From: Xylographa opegraphella
Taxonomy: Eukaryota
NCBI GenBank assembly: GCA_022813865.1
Contig: JALDZX010000075.1
Span: 62,001 to 82,308 of the forward strand
Length of the DNA: 20,308 bases
Reading direction: 5' to 3'
Under the pieces are notes generated by a model. That model ran no database searches, was not told the DNA's origin, and saw nothing but the letters and a program-made list of their open reading frames with translations. The position numbers and the translations under genes are program-made. Positions 1 to 10,315 of the stretch are shown here, piece after piece; position 1 is the stretch's first letter; every line of letters begins with the position of its first letter.

Positions 1-3000
1 AGGAATTTTGTGCTGAGCTGGTTGCCGACGCTAAGTAGGCCGAATTAATGCTCATATCTGCCGAAACAGCCACAGTCGCGTACGGATTGGCGAAGTTGGC
101 GGATCATATGTTGATTTGATTCGGAGAGGGGGTACATTCCTCATACTCGGTGTTGCAGCACTAGGCTTGCGGACACACCACGGGTTAGAAACGCCTGAGC
201 ACAGATCACAGGATACGGAAGCTCACTTGTTCCTTCGTACGAACAGAGGTTCTGACCTGGACCTGCGGTGTTTCCAGCTCCGGTACAGTTTTCGCCCCAG
301 TCGTAGCAAGTACTGAGATTGATTGTCAGCCTCAAGCCTGGTGCTCGAGCAGGTCTGCTTCAGAAACAGAAACCGACAGAGCATCTTACGGTTGCCCTGG
401 AAGACAACACCAGGTCTTATTTGCATCGGCAGCGTAGGCGCACAATCCGCCGTCCGTAACAACATTGCAAGGCTGAAAAACGCCGGCTCCTGAGCAGTCG
501 GTGGATGGAATAGAGAACTGGATGCCCGCGCCCCAGACAAATTTGCCAAAGAGAAGGGGAGGAATTAGCTGAGCAACACCACAGCATCGCATTGTGGATC
601 GACTTCGAAAGCGTGAGTATTGTGCAACATGAAGGGGGCAGCCAGGACTTGAACGACAGCACCCATAGGACCTACTTTATAACAGCCGCATCCTTCGCGC
701 CATTCTTCAGTGGCTCTAATTTCCATAGCCCGCCCGCTCTTGAGGAGCTTGGCTCATGGGCGGCTCAGATCCTTGCATGAAGAAGGCTACCCTGCTTCGT
801 ACGGAATACCAGCTGGTCACTCACCAACATACTGGTCGACACTAAACAATTCTCACGACTCCGTTGTCTCTTTCTATCTTACTGCACTTGTCGTTAACAT
901 TATACGAGTGATCTTTGAATCATTTTGCACGGCCTGGATTTGATTGGTCACTTTCTCCTGATGAAAACAGACATTTGCTGCATACCTATGGATCTACTGA
1001 CCGCGCCGCTGCGGGACAGCCTCAACTAAGGTACCAAGTACTAAGTACGCTAGTGCCAATCTGCTCGATTTGGCAGTGTATTAATGCTGGATCGGGCCAA
1101 GATCGTGCTTCTTTTAGGGCTGCCGACTTTAGCGTGCTCAGCCGACGATTTTATTGGAATTCCTTATCGTGGTTGTTCTGCAACAAACTGATCAACATTA
1201 CCCGAGCCGATCAAATCAGTGGCCTTAACCGCAGTAAGCAGATTTTACGGCCAATGACAAAACAGGAGTTCCAGAGCAAATATCAAAGGTTTGGAAGGCT
1301 TTGTATTGGTTGCTGGGCACGCCGAGTGTCAGGTTTGTCTATGCTTCAACCGTCAGTAACTCGCGGGGTGACTAGTTCTTTTCGTTTTAATCCGATCATG
1401 TATTCGCCCTGCCGTTTATCCTCCTTCGTTGCCGCTTGAACCATCCCATTAACGGAGTTCACCTTATTGTTTCCGTGAAGATAGACCTCTTATTTAACCA
1501 ACGTCCCCCGCACTGTGTAACGGGTCCCACTGTGCCTTTTCTTTTCCCCTACTTCTTCTCTCCTGCTCCCGTCACTCCGCTCTGACATCTGAAATGCAAC
1601 CCCAACGCTCATGGACGCTCTGACGCCGTTGGATAATCCAGGGAGGTAGGTTGTATGGACGGACTCGTTGGAGGAGTCTGTTGTACAAGAAGCCTTCAAA
1701 GGTCTTCTAATCTTGCTGAACTTCGTTGCAGCCCCAGCTGGTGAAGTAAATCACTGTGCGATCAATGTTGTGGGACCCGATCCGAGCGAACGGGTACAAT
1801 GGCCTCGGTGATGTGGGACAATAGTCGACTGTACGGTCAACAGAAGGCGTGGGACAGATGCCACATCCAGGGTTCATCAGAGGTGAACATCCTATGTCGT
1901 TTAAGGGTTGAAAAAGGGCTGTTGACGAGCGTGCATATGCTACGTATCTCGCACTCATGACCTGCCCTGGCATTATTCTTGCGCCGAAGACGCTTAATGG
2001 GTTACTTATACTCTCGTGGAGCATCTTCATGGGCGTTTCATCATTGAGCATGCCCGTGGAACGGGTCTTCGGTTTGCCCATTCAAGTCTCCGGGGTTCTC
2101 GTTGGATAGGATCCGGATCGACCCGAGTAGCGGAGAAGGCTTGAAGGATTTGCCACCAATACCAGCGGAGGATGTTGGTTGATCTCGTCAACAGCCTTGC
2201 CGGGGAAGGCTCTGAGATGGAAGTCTTGTGTCCATACTTCATTTTTTCGAGATATACAAGATTGGGAAACCCTTCAGCAAACAGTGGCTTTAAATGCCAT
2301 ACGGAGCTTCCTCGAGATCATTGCAACTGAAGAGATTGTGAAGTCTGATAGTGGCATGGGATACAAGCATTGATGCGACACCTGCAGAATTCTTTTGGAA
2401 AGTGTCTCTTCCACATGAGAACTGCTTGGAAGTGTGCACTGGCAAGATACGCTTGCTCTGTCCGGGTTGGGGTCCAAGATCGCGTTGTCGCTACCGTCTG
2501 AGAATCTGTACTGGAATAATGCGGGTGGTAGCCTGCACTTGGTATTGTTTATAATGATGCCATTGTTCAGAGACTCTATGATGATGTTGGTCGGGCCAAA
2601 GATATTCTCTGTCTGGGACCTCGCCGGGCTGCACCATTCCGCTGGTATCGCTCTTTTGCTCCTCACTGGGCGTTTCACCTCCGAGGTTCAGCCCTCGTCT
2701 CTGCGAGCGTTCAGGCACCGTGGTGAGCTTATGGATCAGCTTTCCCATAGAGCCTGTCTCGTCGTCAACAGGCTCGTGCTTCTCGAGTGATTCTTGTATG
2801 GCGAGAATGAGCTCATGGAGCTGTATCTGATTCCGTACAAATGCGTAGTTGCGGATGAGACTAGCGGCAATGCTTTTGAATAGACGGAGGAATTCTCGCT
2901 CTTTCCTTCCCGCTACCACAACTCCTCATTAGGCGTAACCGGTGCCTGTACATTGGTCAGATCGCTGGTATAGCTGTGAAATAAACATGCAGCAGGACAA

Positions 3001-3201
3001 ATCACGCGATCGCTTGGAGAAAAGGGGCAAGGGAAGCGCAGAGGATGTTTGAGGGTGTCACGCAAGCATCACTGCAGGAGAAATTGCATTAGGAACAGGA
3101 CGGTAGATCAAAGAATGGCGATTACGATTGGTTGTTCTGTTGACAGGGTCATGCTCGTCGCGGTCAAGGAACGGGCTTATCATTCATTTGCGCTCTCCGA
3201 A

Positions 3202-3235
3202 AGGTGCACACCCCCGAGAGGTGCACACCCCCGAG
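3202..3235. repeat. Perfect tandem duplication of a 17-mer (AGGTGCACACCCCCGAG x2)
   Basis: 3202-3218 and 3219-3235 are identical. Confidence 0.95.
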
Positions 3236-4311
3236 TTTTGGAAGAAACGACGACAGAGTCTGGCGGGTGAGTGCAAGCCCTTTTGATTTGAGCGATGCGA
3301 TCTAGATCGTTGCACGTCGCGTCCGGGCCTTGGGAGCTAAATCTCATGCCCCTTCTGCCGCGATGGTGGCTGCATGTCGCCAGCTGAGGTCGGGCGCCGC
3401 GTGTGCCGGGACTATCTTGTGGCGTTCCCGTCCAGACACTGACTGACTTGACAGCGCCGACAGACTGATGTCGGCCTCCGTGGCCTGCTCCGCTCACTCC
3501 AGAAGGAGTCGGGATGCTCTCGCATACCCTCCAGAGCGAGTTGGTGTGGGTGCTGAGGGGTTTCTCCGATGTTTGACGACGAAGCAATTGCTGGGTAAGA
3601 AAGAGAGGAAGAAGACGCTTAATAAAGTAGGTAGTTACCGCTAGCACTAATCTAGTTACTGCGCATGGGACATGTCCCGAAGCAGCGGTCTTGGCTGACG
3701 AAGGGCGGTAGCGCTATTCCAAATGCGGCTGTCTCGCGTGGGTTCGTCAGCTAGCCACAAACCGCCGGCTCGAGCACCAAGTCCGTACTGTGGTAGTATT
3801 GATGCATGCCATGCCTGAAGACGGCGGTCTCGGCTCGTTCGATAGCTACGCGCTACACACGAGCTGCTTCTTACTGTCGCTGCCCTCCCGATAGCGAAAG
3901 CCATCTGCATCTCGATGTCGCCAAGCTCGACGCCATGGCGTCCTGTACCCAGCCATGTTTTCCTTCAGCTGTCTTGGTTGCGTGTTCCAGAACTGCCTTC
4001 GTTCGGCCATGCCGCTTTTTGGTGGGCGGCCTGGACATGGCTGGTCTTGATAAGTAGGTGCCCATCTCCTTTCGTGCTGTTCAGACAGTGTCGATCTTCT
4101 TGTCCGTGATTGAATGACTCGACGAAGTCCTCTTTGCCTCCGACTTCCAAGTCTTTTGAGTATCTCACGCTCCCATCCCGTTCGTTGCCGTTCCTCTGTC
4201 AATTCTGCTCCGCAATTCCGCCCTTGTCTGCCTTCGGTTCCTCCCTTCTTGCCCACACCGTACGCTGTTCAGCGAGCGGCTCTGTCTACTATGCCCCACG
4301 CCAGCTCTAGC

Positions 4312-6068
4312 ATGGCCGGTGAGGAGAGTGAACCGGGTCCGAGGAGACTTATCCTCTGCTTTGACGGAACGGGAAATACATTTGCTGGGAACACTGGAGA
4401 TACCAACATCGTCAAGCTTTACGACAAGTTCAAGCGAGATGACCCCAATCAGTACCATTACTACCAAAGTACGTAAAAAATTCAACATCATGCTGTGACC
4501 GAAATCTGACACACCAACGTAAATAGCCGGCATTGGTACCTACGACATAGGGGGCGGGTCTATCAATAAGTCATTCTTTGGCAATATCAAGGCCAAAATC
4601 TCTCGGTCCGCCGACAGCGCTTTCGGCACGACCTTCGATGCCCACGTGATAGCAGGCTATCGTTTCCTGATGAAGTACTACAAAGCAGGTGACAAGATCT
4701 ACATGTTTGGCTTCTCGAGGGGTGCTTTCACCGCGAGATTCCTTGCGCGTATGATTCACACCGTTGGCCTTCTGTCGGAGGGCAACGAGGAGATGGTCCC
4801 GTTCGCTTACGAACTATACCAGCAATACGAGCAGGGAAAGGCCGAAGCCTCTACCGCCGAGGCGGGTCATACTCACGAAGAGTCTGCGTCAAGCAAACCG
4901 GGTGCCACAGACTCCGAAAGCGCGCCCCTGATTGCTAAGCCGACGGATGGGAAGGCCACGCTTGTGAACGGTAAGAAGAGCAGCCATGACGAGGGCCAGT
5001 GTACCCGGAACAAGATCTATGCCTTCAGAGATACTTTCTGTCGCCAAGAGAGAAAGGGTGATAAGCTCGTCAGCATCAAGGCATATTTCCTCGGTATCTT
5101 CGACTGCGTCAGCAGTGTCAGTGTACTGGAGAGTCCCTTTGGCAAGGCACCGTCCCCCGTCTCGGTGATGGGGACAGCCGAACACGTTCGCCACGCCGTC
5201 GCGGTTGATGAGCATCGCGTCAAGTTCAAAGCGGCCCTTCTGGACCAAGATTACCAGAATCCCGCCACCAAGAAGAACGACGAGGACATCAAGGAGGTCT
5301 GGTTTCCCGGAAACCATGGCGATGTCGGCGGCGGCTGGCCGGCCCCGATGCCGGAATCGAAGGAGAAAGTCACGTGGGGGCAGGCGATTAGGAAGATCTT
5401 CTTCAAGGACGTAGACACCACTGCGACCGTGTCCAGGACGGATCCTTACCAGATGAGCGACATTCCCCTCGCCTGGATGATCCGTGAGCTGGAGGAGATC
5501 GGCGCGCAGGACGAGAGCGCCGCCATCCAGTGGAGCGCAAGACGGGATGGCTTCAAGGACAACTTCTACGCAAAGGGTATCAACGACAAACAATCCCTCG
5601 AAGCCTCCATGCATGACACCCTCAAGATCGGCGGGGGCTCCTCGCTGTTCAAAGTGATGATATGGAACCTCATGGGTGAGTGATCCGAACGCAATTCCCC
5701 CTCTTGCACGTCACCGCCAGACTAACAGCACGCCAGAATGCCTACCCCTGATCCCCCGGTGGGAACTCGAGATGAGCACGGTCACCAAGAAACTCGAGTG
5801 GGTCTACTCGCGCTGGACACCCAACCTGCGCAGCGCGCGCGACGTGCCCAAGGGCGCCGTCTTCCACCAGTCGCTGCTGCTGCGGCTCAAGGACGGCAAG
5901 ATGAAGTACAGGCCGTACAACAACCACGGCGGCAGCTTGCCGCCCTGCCTGGTTGCCGACGTAGACTTCGTCGTCAAGGAGAGGGATAACGGCGGTGTGT
6001 TCGATAACGAGCAGCCGGACGTCCATACCACGTACACGCTCGGCCACGTCAAGACCGTTCAGGACTGA
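4312..6068 (+). CDS. DUF2235 (T6SS Tle1-like phospholipase catalytic domain) alpha/beta-hydrolase, paralogue A, ~545 aa; exons 4312-4468, 4527-5675, 5737-6068 (in-frame alternative ATG at 4291)
   Basis: Spliced translation has the family motifs in order: [28 protein letters not shown] (across intron 1), [17 protein letters not shown] (GxSxG), [47 protein letters not shown]. Intron 4469-4526: GTACGT...CTGAC...TAG. Intron 5676-5736: GTGAGT...CTAAC...CAG. Exons sum to 1638 nt (546 codons), ending TGA. No signal peptide seen. Confidence 0.92.
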
Positions 6069-6617
6069 GGGATCGGATCGGTGCGATATGTTCGCAACCG
6101 TTCACGGCATTTTTTGACTTCTCGCTCGAAGCGGAGGGCTTATGGGTTGGCTATTCTACGTGTATTTCGGTCCTGTTTCACCGTGTTCACGACATCGCCT
6201 CTTTCTTCCTCACAGCTTTGCCTGACCGTCCCACTGTCTGTCGGGCAGCAGCTCAGCGGCGAAAGGCGTGTTTCGGGGACCGGTACAGGGGCGAATGGCG
6301 CTTAGGGCTTGCGCAGGGACGGGTCAGGCAGGCGTACAAAGCGGGTATTCCATCTTTTTTGGGAGAGGGGCCGGGTGAGGCGTCCTGGTTGCCGCGCGAG
6401 AAATGTAGCTCTACAGGGCGTATGTACTGTACGTAAGAACAAACAGAAAACCGTACTTGGAACCATTCATGAAAACGGGGGTTTTTGATCGTTTGTAAAA
6501 AGCGTGATCGGTAACCCCAACGCGCGTGGTCGGGTATAACGTACGCTTCCATACCCCTTCGAAATAAGTCCGGCCGTGAAACGAACGACACTGGGAGCCG
6601 CGCGTTTGCGTGACCAC

Positions 6618-6633
6618 CAAGCAAGCAAGCAAG
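6618..6633. repeat. Microsatellite (CAAG)4
   Basis: caagcaagcaagcaag read directly, between the convergent 3' ends of DUF2235-A and the mucin-like gene. Confidence 0.85.
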
Positions 6634-7024
6634 TCTCTTTCTTTTGCTCCCTTTCCCCGACACTCACATGGTTTTCTTTTCATGGCTATCAAACCAGCCT
6701 TTAAATGGGTCAGGCGTGGATGGAGGGATGGATGGATGCTATAGACCATATTATACCGTACCGTAAGCTTCCATCATTGGAGCTTTGCGCATTCACGCGG
6801 ACAGGACCCAAGCCCGCTTTTTCCTCCTTCCGTCCGTAAATGTTTTCTTGACACCGCTCCCAGCCCTCTCCCAACCCTGTCCAATACCCAGCAGCGTGCG
6901 CTTCCTCGCTCCTCTCGCCATCGGGCCCCCCTGCTCCTTAAGACCCACACCCACCGCCTCCCCGCCCAACCGACTACCGCGCCAACGCACCCACCTACTG
7001 CCAAATCAAAGCAAATCAAAGAAC

Positions 7025-7063
7025 ATCATATCATATCATACAAGACAAGACAAGACAAGACAA
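7025..7063. repeat. Compound pentanucleotide microsatellite (ATCAT)3-A-(CAAGA)4
   Basis: atcatatcatatcat a caagacaagacaagacaagacaa, downstream of the mucin-like gene stop. Confidence 0.85.
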
Positions 7064-7361
7064 CACGGCGCGGAACGGTATCGTACACGCTCCCCCACCC
7101 CCCCAAGCTCCCACAAGCTTCCCCCCGCCCCGCACGGCCCACGTCCTCGTCGCCTGGGGCATGACATACATCCAGCTCCCTACCTTACCTTACTCCCGTA
7201 CTCCCATACTCCCGTACTCCCAGCCAACCAGCCAGCTACATTCAACTCAATAACCCAATCAAGAGCCAAAGGACTACCTTATAACACCGCATACCACCAC
7301 CACACCCTCCAAGCTCCCCAGTAAGGTACACTAGCATAGCATAGTACCCCCCGCCCCGGAG

Positions 7362-10315
7362 CTACCCCGCTCGGCCTAGCCCACCCCGCCCCAGCAGCAC
7401 GCACGACAAAGCAGCCAGCATGGCGGCGGCGCGCAGGTGAGACGCGCTGCTCGTGCTGGAGGAGGCGTTTTCCAAGGGGTGCGTTCCGGAGCCGGCGGTG
7501 CTGGGATGCTCGCTTGGCGGCGCCGTGGGGGAGGGGGTGGTGCCGAAGGCGGATGTGATAGCTGCGCCGAGACTGCCTCCTGCTGTTGTTGGGATAGGGG
7601 GAGCGGGAGCGTACGTCCGCGTCGCGAGGGAGGGTGGGGGTGCGTTGAGGGTGAGGGTGAGGGTGTCGGAGCCGAGGATGAGGAGGATGTCGGAGGAAGG
7701 GGGGGCGAGGGCGATGGTTTCGGACGTGGTGGAGATAGTGGAGGGTGCGAGCGGAAGGAGGATGGTGGAGGTGCCGATGATGAGGGCGAGGGAGAGGCGC
7801 GTGCCGGAGACGGTGAGCGTGGGGCCGCTGGCGATGAGGCTCGTGCCGGGCGGGGAGGGGGCTGATGTGAGCGGTGCGAGGAGGCTGCCGAGGGGGGTGG
7901 TAGTGGTTCCTCCGATGACAAGGCCGGCGGAGCCGAGGGCTACTGGGAGGTTGGAGGGGGTGGCTGTTGGTTGGCCGGGAGTGAGAGTCTGCGAGCCCCT
8001 GATTAGTGTGGGGGGGTTGATTACGGAGACGGGTGGTAGCGGAGAGTTCGAGTCGAGACCGTGGGTGGTGGGGAGTGTGGGGATGGCGATACCTTGGCCG
8101 TTGAGGAAGATGGAGCCACTGCTGAGGACGATGGGGATGTTGTCGATGGTTGTGGCGCCTGCAGCTTGTGTGGGAGTTTGGCCGTCGAAGACTATAGCGC
8201 CGGAGGAAGCGGGGCCGGGAGTGGGGTCCTGGCCGTTCACTGAAACTGCAGATGTGGGAACTGGTGCGATCGGAACTATAGGAGCGGAAGGCACTGCGGG
8301 AGCCAGCGTGAAGGTGAAGCCACCGGCTACGATAGGGCCGGGTGGATGCTGAGCTTGCACGACCGTAGGCAACGCCAATGGTGTGGCAGCGGTGAACGAA
8401 AGCGATTGCCCACCAAGCACAACCGGTGATGGTCCCGACGATTCGATGTTTATGTCGGTGCTACTCGTACCTGGATCCTTGTTCGGACTTCCCGCAGCCG
8501 GAGTTCCCGAGCTCATCATATCCGGCAATGAAGATGGCCCAGGCCGTCCATAGGCCGAAGGTAACGAGCTTGGCTCTTGAAGAGGAACCAGTTGCGAGGC
8601 GGTTGCCAATTGCATAACAGACGTACTCACCGCCGGCGAAGCCCACGTCGAAGCCGGCACAGCACGCGTAGTCGCAGGGACGGGTGGATCTTGCGTGACA
8701 ACCAAGGCCGGTGACGACGCCGGCACAACCGGAGACTGGGCAGTCAAAGCATACGGAGGATCTTGCCCCTGCCAGATATCATTGTCGCAACCCAAGCTGG
8801 CCCAGTCCGGACGGTACGACACGAGCTTCGAAGGCAGCGCGATGATCGGCAAATAGGAAGACAAGTTCGCGGCGCTGGGGAGGAAGCCGTTCGCTCCGCT
8901 GTGGGGCCCGCACGGCATATCTGCCGGGTCGAAGGCGAGACTTGTGCGTACGCCGGGACCTGGGTTCTGGTTCGCGATCGTGGATAGTTCTCCCGGTGCG
9001 AATGCAAGCGTCAGAGAGGTGACGGGAGGACCGACGAGGCCACATCCATCGACTGCAGAGACGGTAGGAAATGCGACGTAGATTGAGGGTGAGGTACTAG
9101 ATGAGGCTCGTCAGTTATCACGTATTATTGTGTAGCAGTTCTTAAAATGCTTGATAAGTCGTGATAAGCGGGCCTCCGAGGTACAGATGAGATATGCACA
9201 ACATACACTTGCGTTCAGAGGATTAAAGTCAATAAACAGCAAAACCAGAATTGGGCAGTAAATGAATTTTTATTCCTGTATACAAAAAAGTGTTCTATCA
9301 GATGGAAACCTACTAGACAAATCCATCAGGACCTGTTGCATAAGCCTCGGTCCCGAGCCTCGTCGGATCAAGGTCTCTCTGCCGGACTGCACTTCCCCCA
9401 TCGGTACCTACGGCAGTACTACCGGCCACACCATCGAGGCACGCAGTATTGGCGCTCTTGGCCGGCCAGTATAAGACTTGCACATTAGAATAGTATAGTC
9501 TGCGGCACGAATCAGCTGTTGCACCCAGTCCTAAAAGAGAGAGACAAGCTTTACCCGCAGCAACAACAGCAATAGCCATCTCCTTCGTATAATGGCAGTG
9601 TGTTGGTGGCATATCTTATATACTCCGTCACTTGATCCCCCGGCAGAGTAGTCGTTATTATATCTACAGCATAGGTCTTGGTGGCAATCGGATCCGTAGC
9701 TTTAAAGGCATTGTATGCTACAGTACACTCGGGCTGTCGTCCATAGGAAGTGAAGGAGGATAGTACAGCAGCCAAGGACGGCTCGGCTGAGGGGTACGGC
9801 CACGCGAAGTAGTCCAGATAAGGAACCGGATCCCATGGAGGTAGTGTGCTGAAGGTTGCGTTTGGGTTAGTCGCTATAACTTGGGTGGTCACTGTTTTAG
9901 TCTCTGTAGACGTGAACGGACCAGTGATGGTGAGAGTAGGAGTGTCGACATTCTCATAGAGGTCATACGTGACCGTCTCGCTACCGGTAATTAACCAAGT
10001 AATTGTCTCAGTCAAGGTTTCCCCCGACAAAGAGTAATCTGAGATCAATGAGGAAGAAGAAAGTGGCCTTGGGACGAGTGTGGTCGAGGGGAGTGAAGGG
10101 TCCGAGCTTGGTATGAAGGATACCAAAGTCGAGGAACTCGAAAACAGGCTTCCCGGTGTGTAGGATGAGCCTGATAAGCTGGAATTGCTGAGTGACAAAA
10201 ACGAAGGAAGAACACTTGGATTGGTCGTAGTCGAAGCAGGGAGGGTATCTCCAGCATAGACCACGGAAGCAAACAGTAGCACAGTTGTAATCGTGCCAGT
10301 CCTTGAAAGGGACAT
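7362..10315 (-). CDS. Secreted, probably GPI-anchored Ser/Thr/Pro-rich (mucin-like) cell-surface protein with a central Cys-containing domain, ~893 aa; exons 10315-9555, 9499-9314, 9096-7362
   Basis: Signal-peptide-like start MSLSRTGTITTVLLFASVVYA. Three minus-strand reading frames join in frame through introns 9554-9500 (GTAAAG...GCTGAT...CAG) and 9313-9097 (GTAGGT...CTGAC...TAG), giving YCCCCCG-LYYSNVQVLYWP...GPDGFVY-TSPSIYVAFPTVSAVDGCG...LAFAPGELST...DMPCGP...WASLGC...GQDPPYAL. A P/S/T stalk follows, then a hydrophobic tail SSASHLRAAAMLAALSCVLLG. Exons sum to 2682 nt (894 codons). Function is not assignable; GPI anchor is inference. Confidence 0.82.
7650..8420 (-). repeat. Degenerate protein-level repeats (hydrophobic-x-hydrophobic-G-G/S-Q/T-T-L-T) in the C-terminal half of the mucin-like protein
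   Basis: VVLGGQSLSF, IVAGGFTFT, VSVNGQDPTPG, IVFDGQTPT, IFLNGQGIAI, LIRGSQTLTPG, LVIGGTTTT, LTVSGTRLSL, LIIGTSTILL, LILGSDTLTL seen in the 7362..8918 translation. Boundaries approximate. Confidence 0.6.

Noticed and set aside
915..1439. 174-aa + ORF
   Set aside because: TTG start, no recognisable domain, atypical composition; likely chance ORF in intergenic DNA.
3049..4290. Cluster of 64-155 aa ORFs on both strands
   Set aside because: Mostly non-ATG starts, Arg/Ser-rich, no motifs; region looks like promoter and CT-rich 5' leader of DUF2235-A.
4889..5614. 241-aa minus-strand ORF
   Set aside because: Antisense shadow of the GC3-rich DUF2235-A exon 2.
6400..6780. Possible structured ncRNA between the convergent genes
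   Set aside because: No tRNA, 5S, snRNA or snoRNA box pattern and no convincing long stem found by eye.
6785..7324. 179-aa Pro/His-rich + ORF
   Set aside because: TTG start, runs through microsatellites; product of C/A-rich low complexity.
7376..8352. Overlapping ORFs 7453..8352 (+), 7437..7865 (+), 7376..7921 (-)
   Set aside because: Shadow and alternative frames of the skewed, stop-poor last exon of the mucin-like gene.
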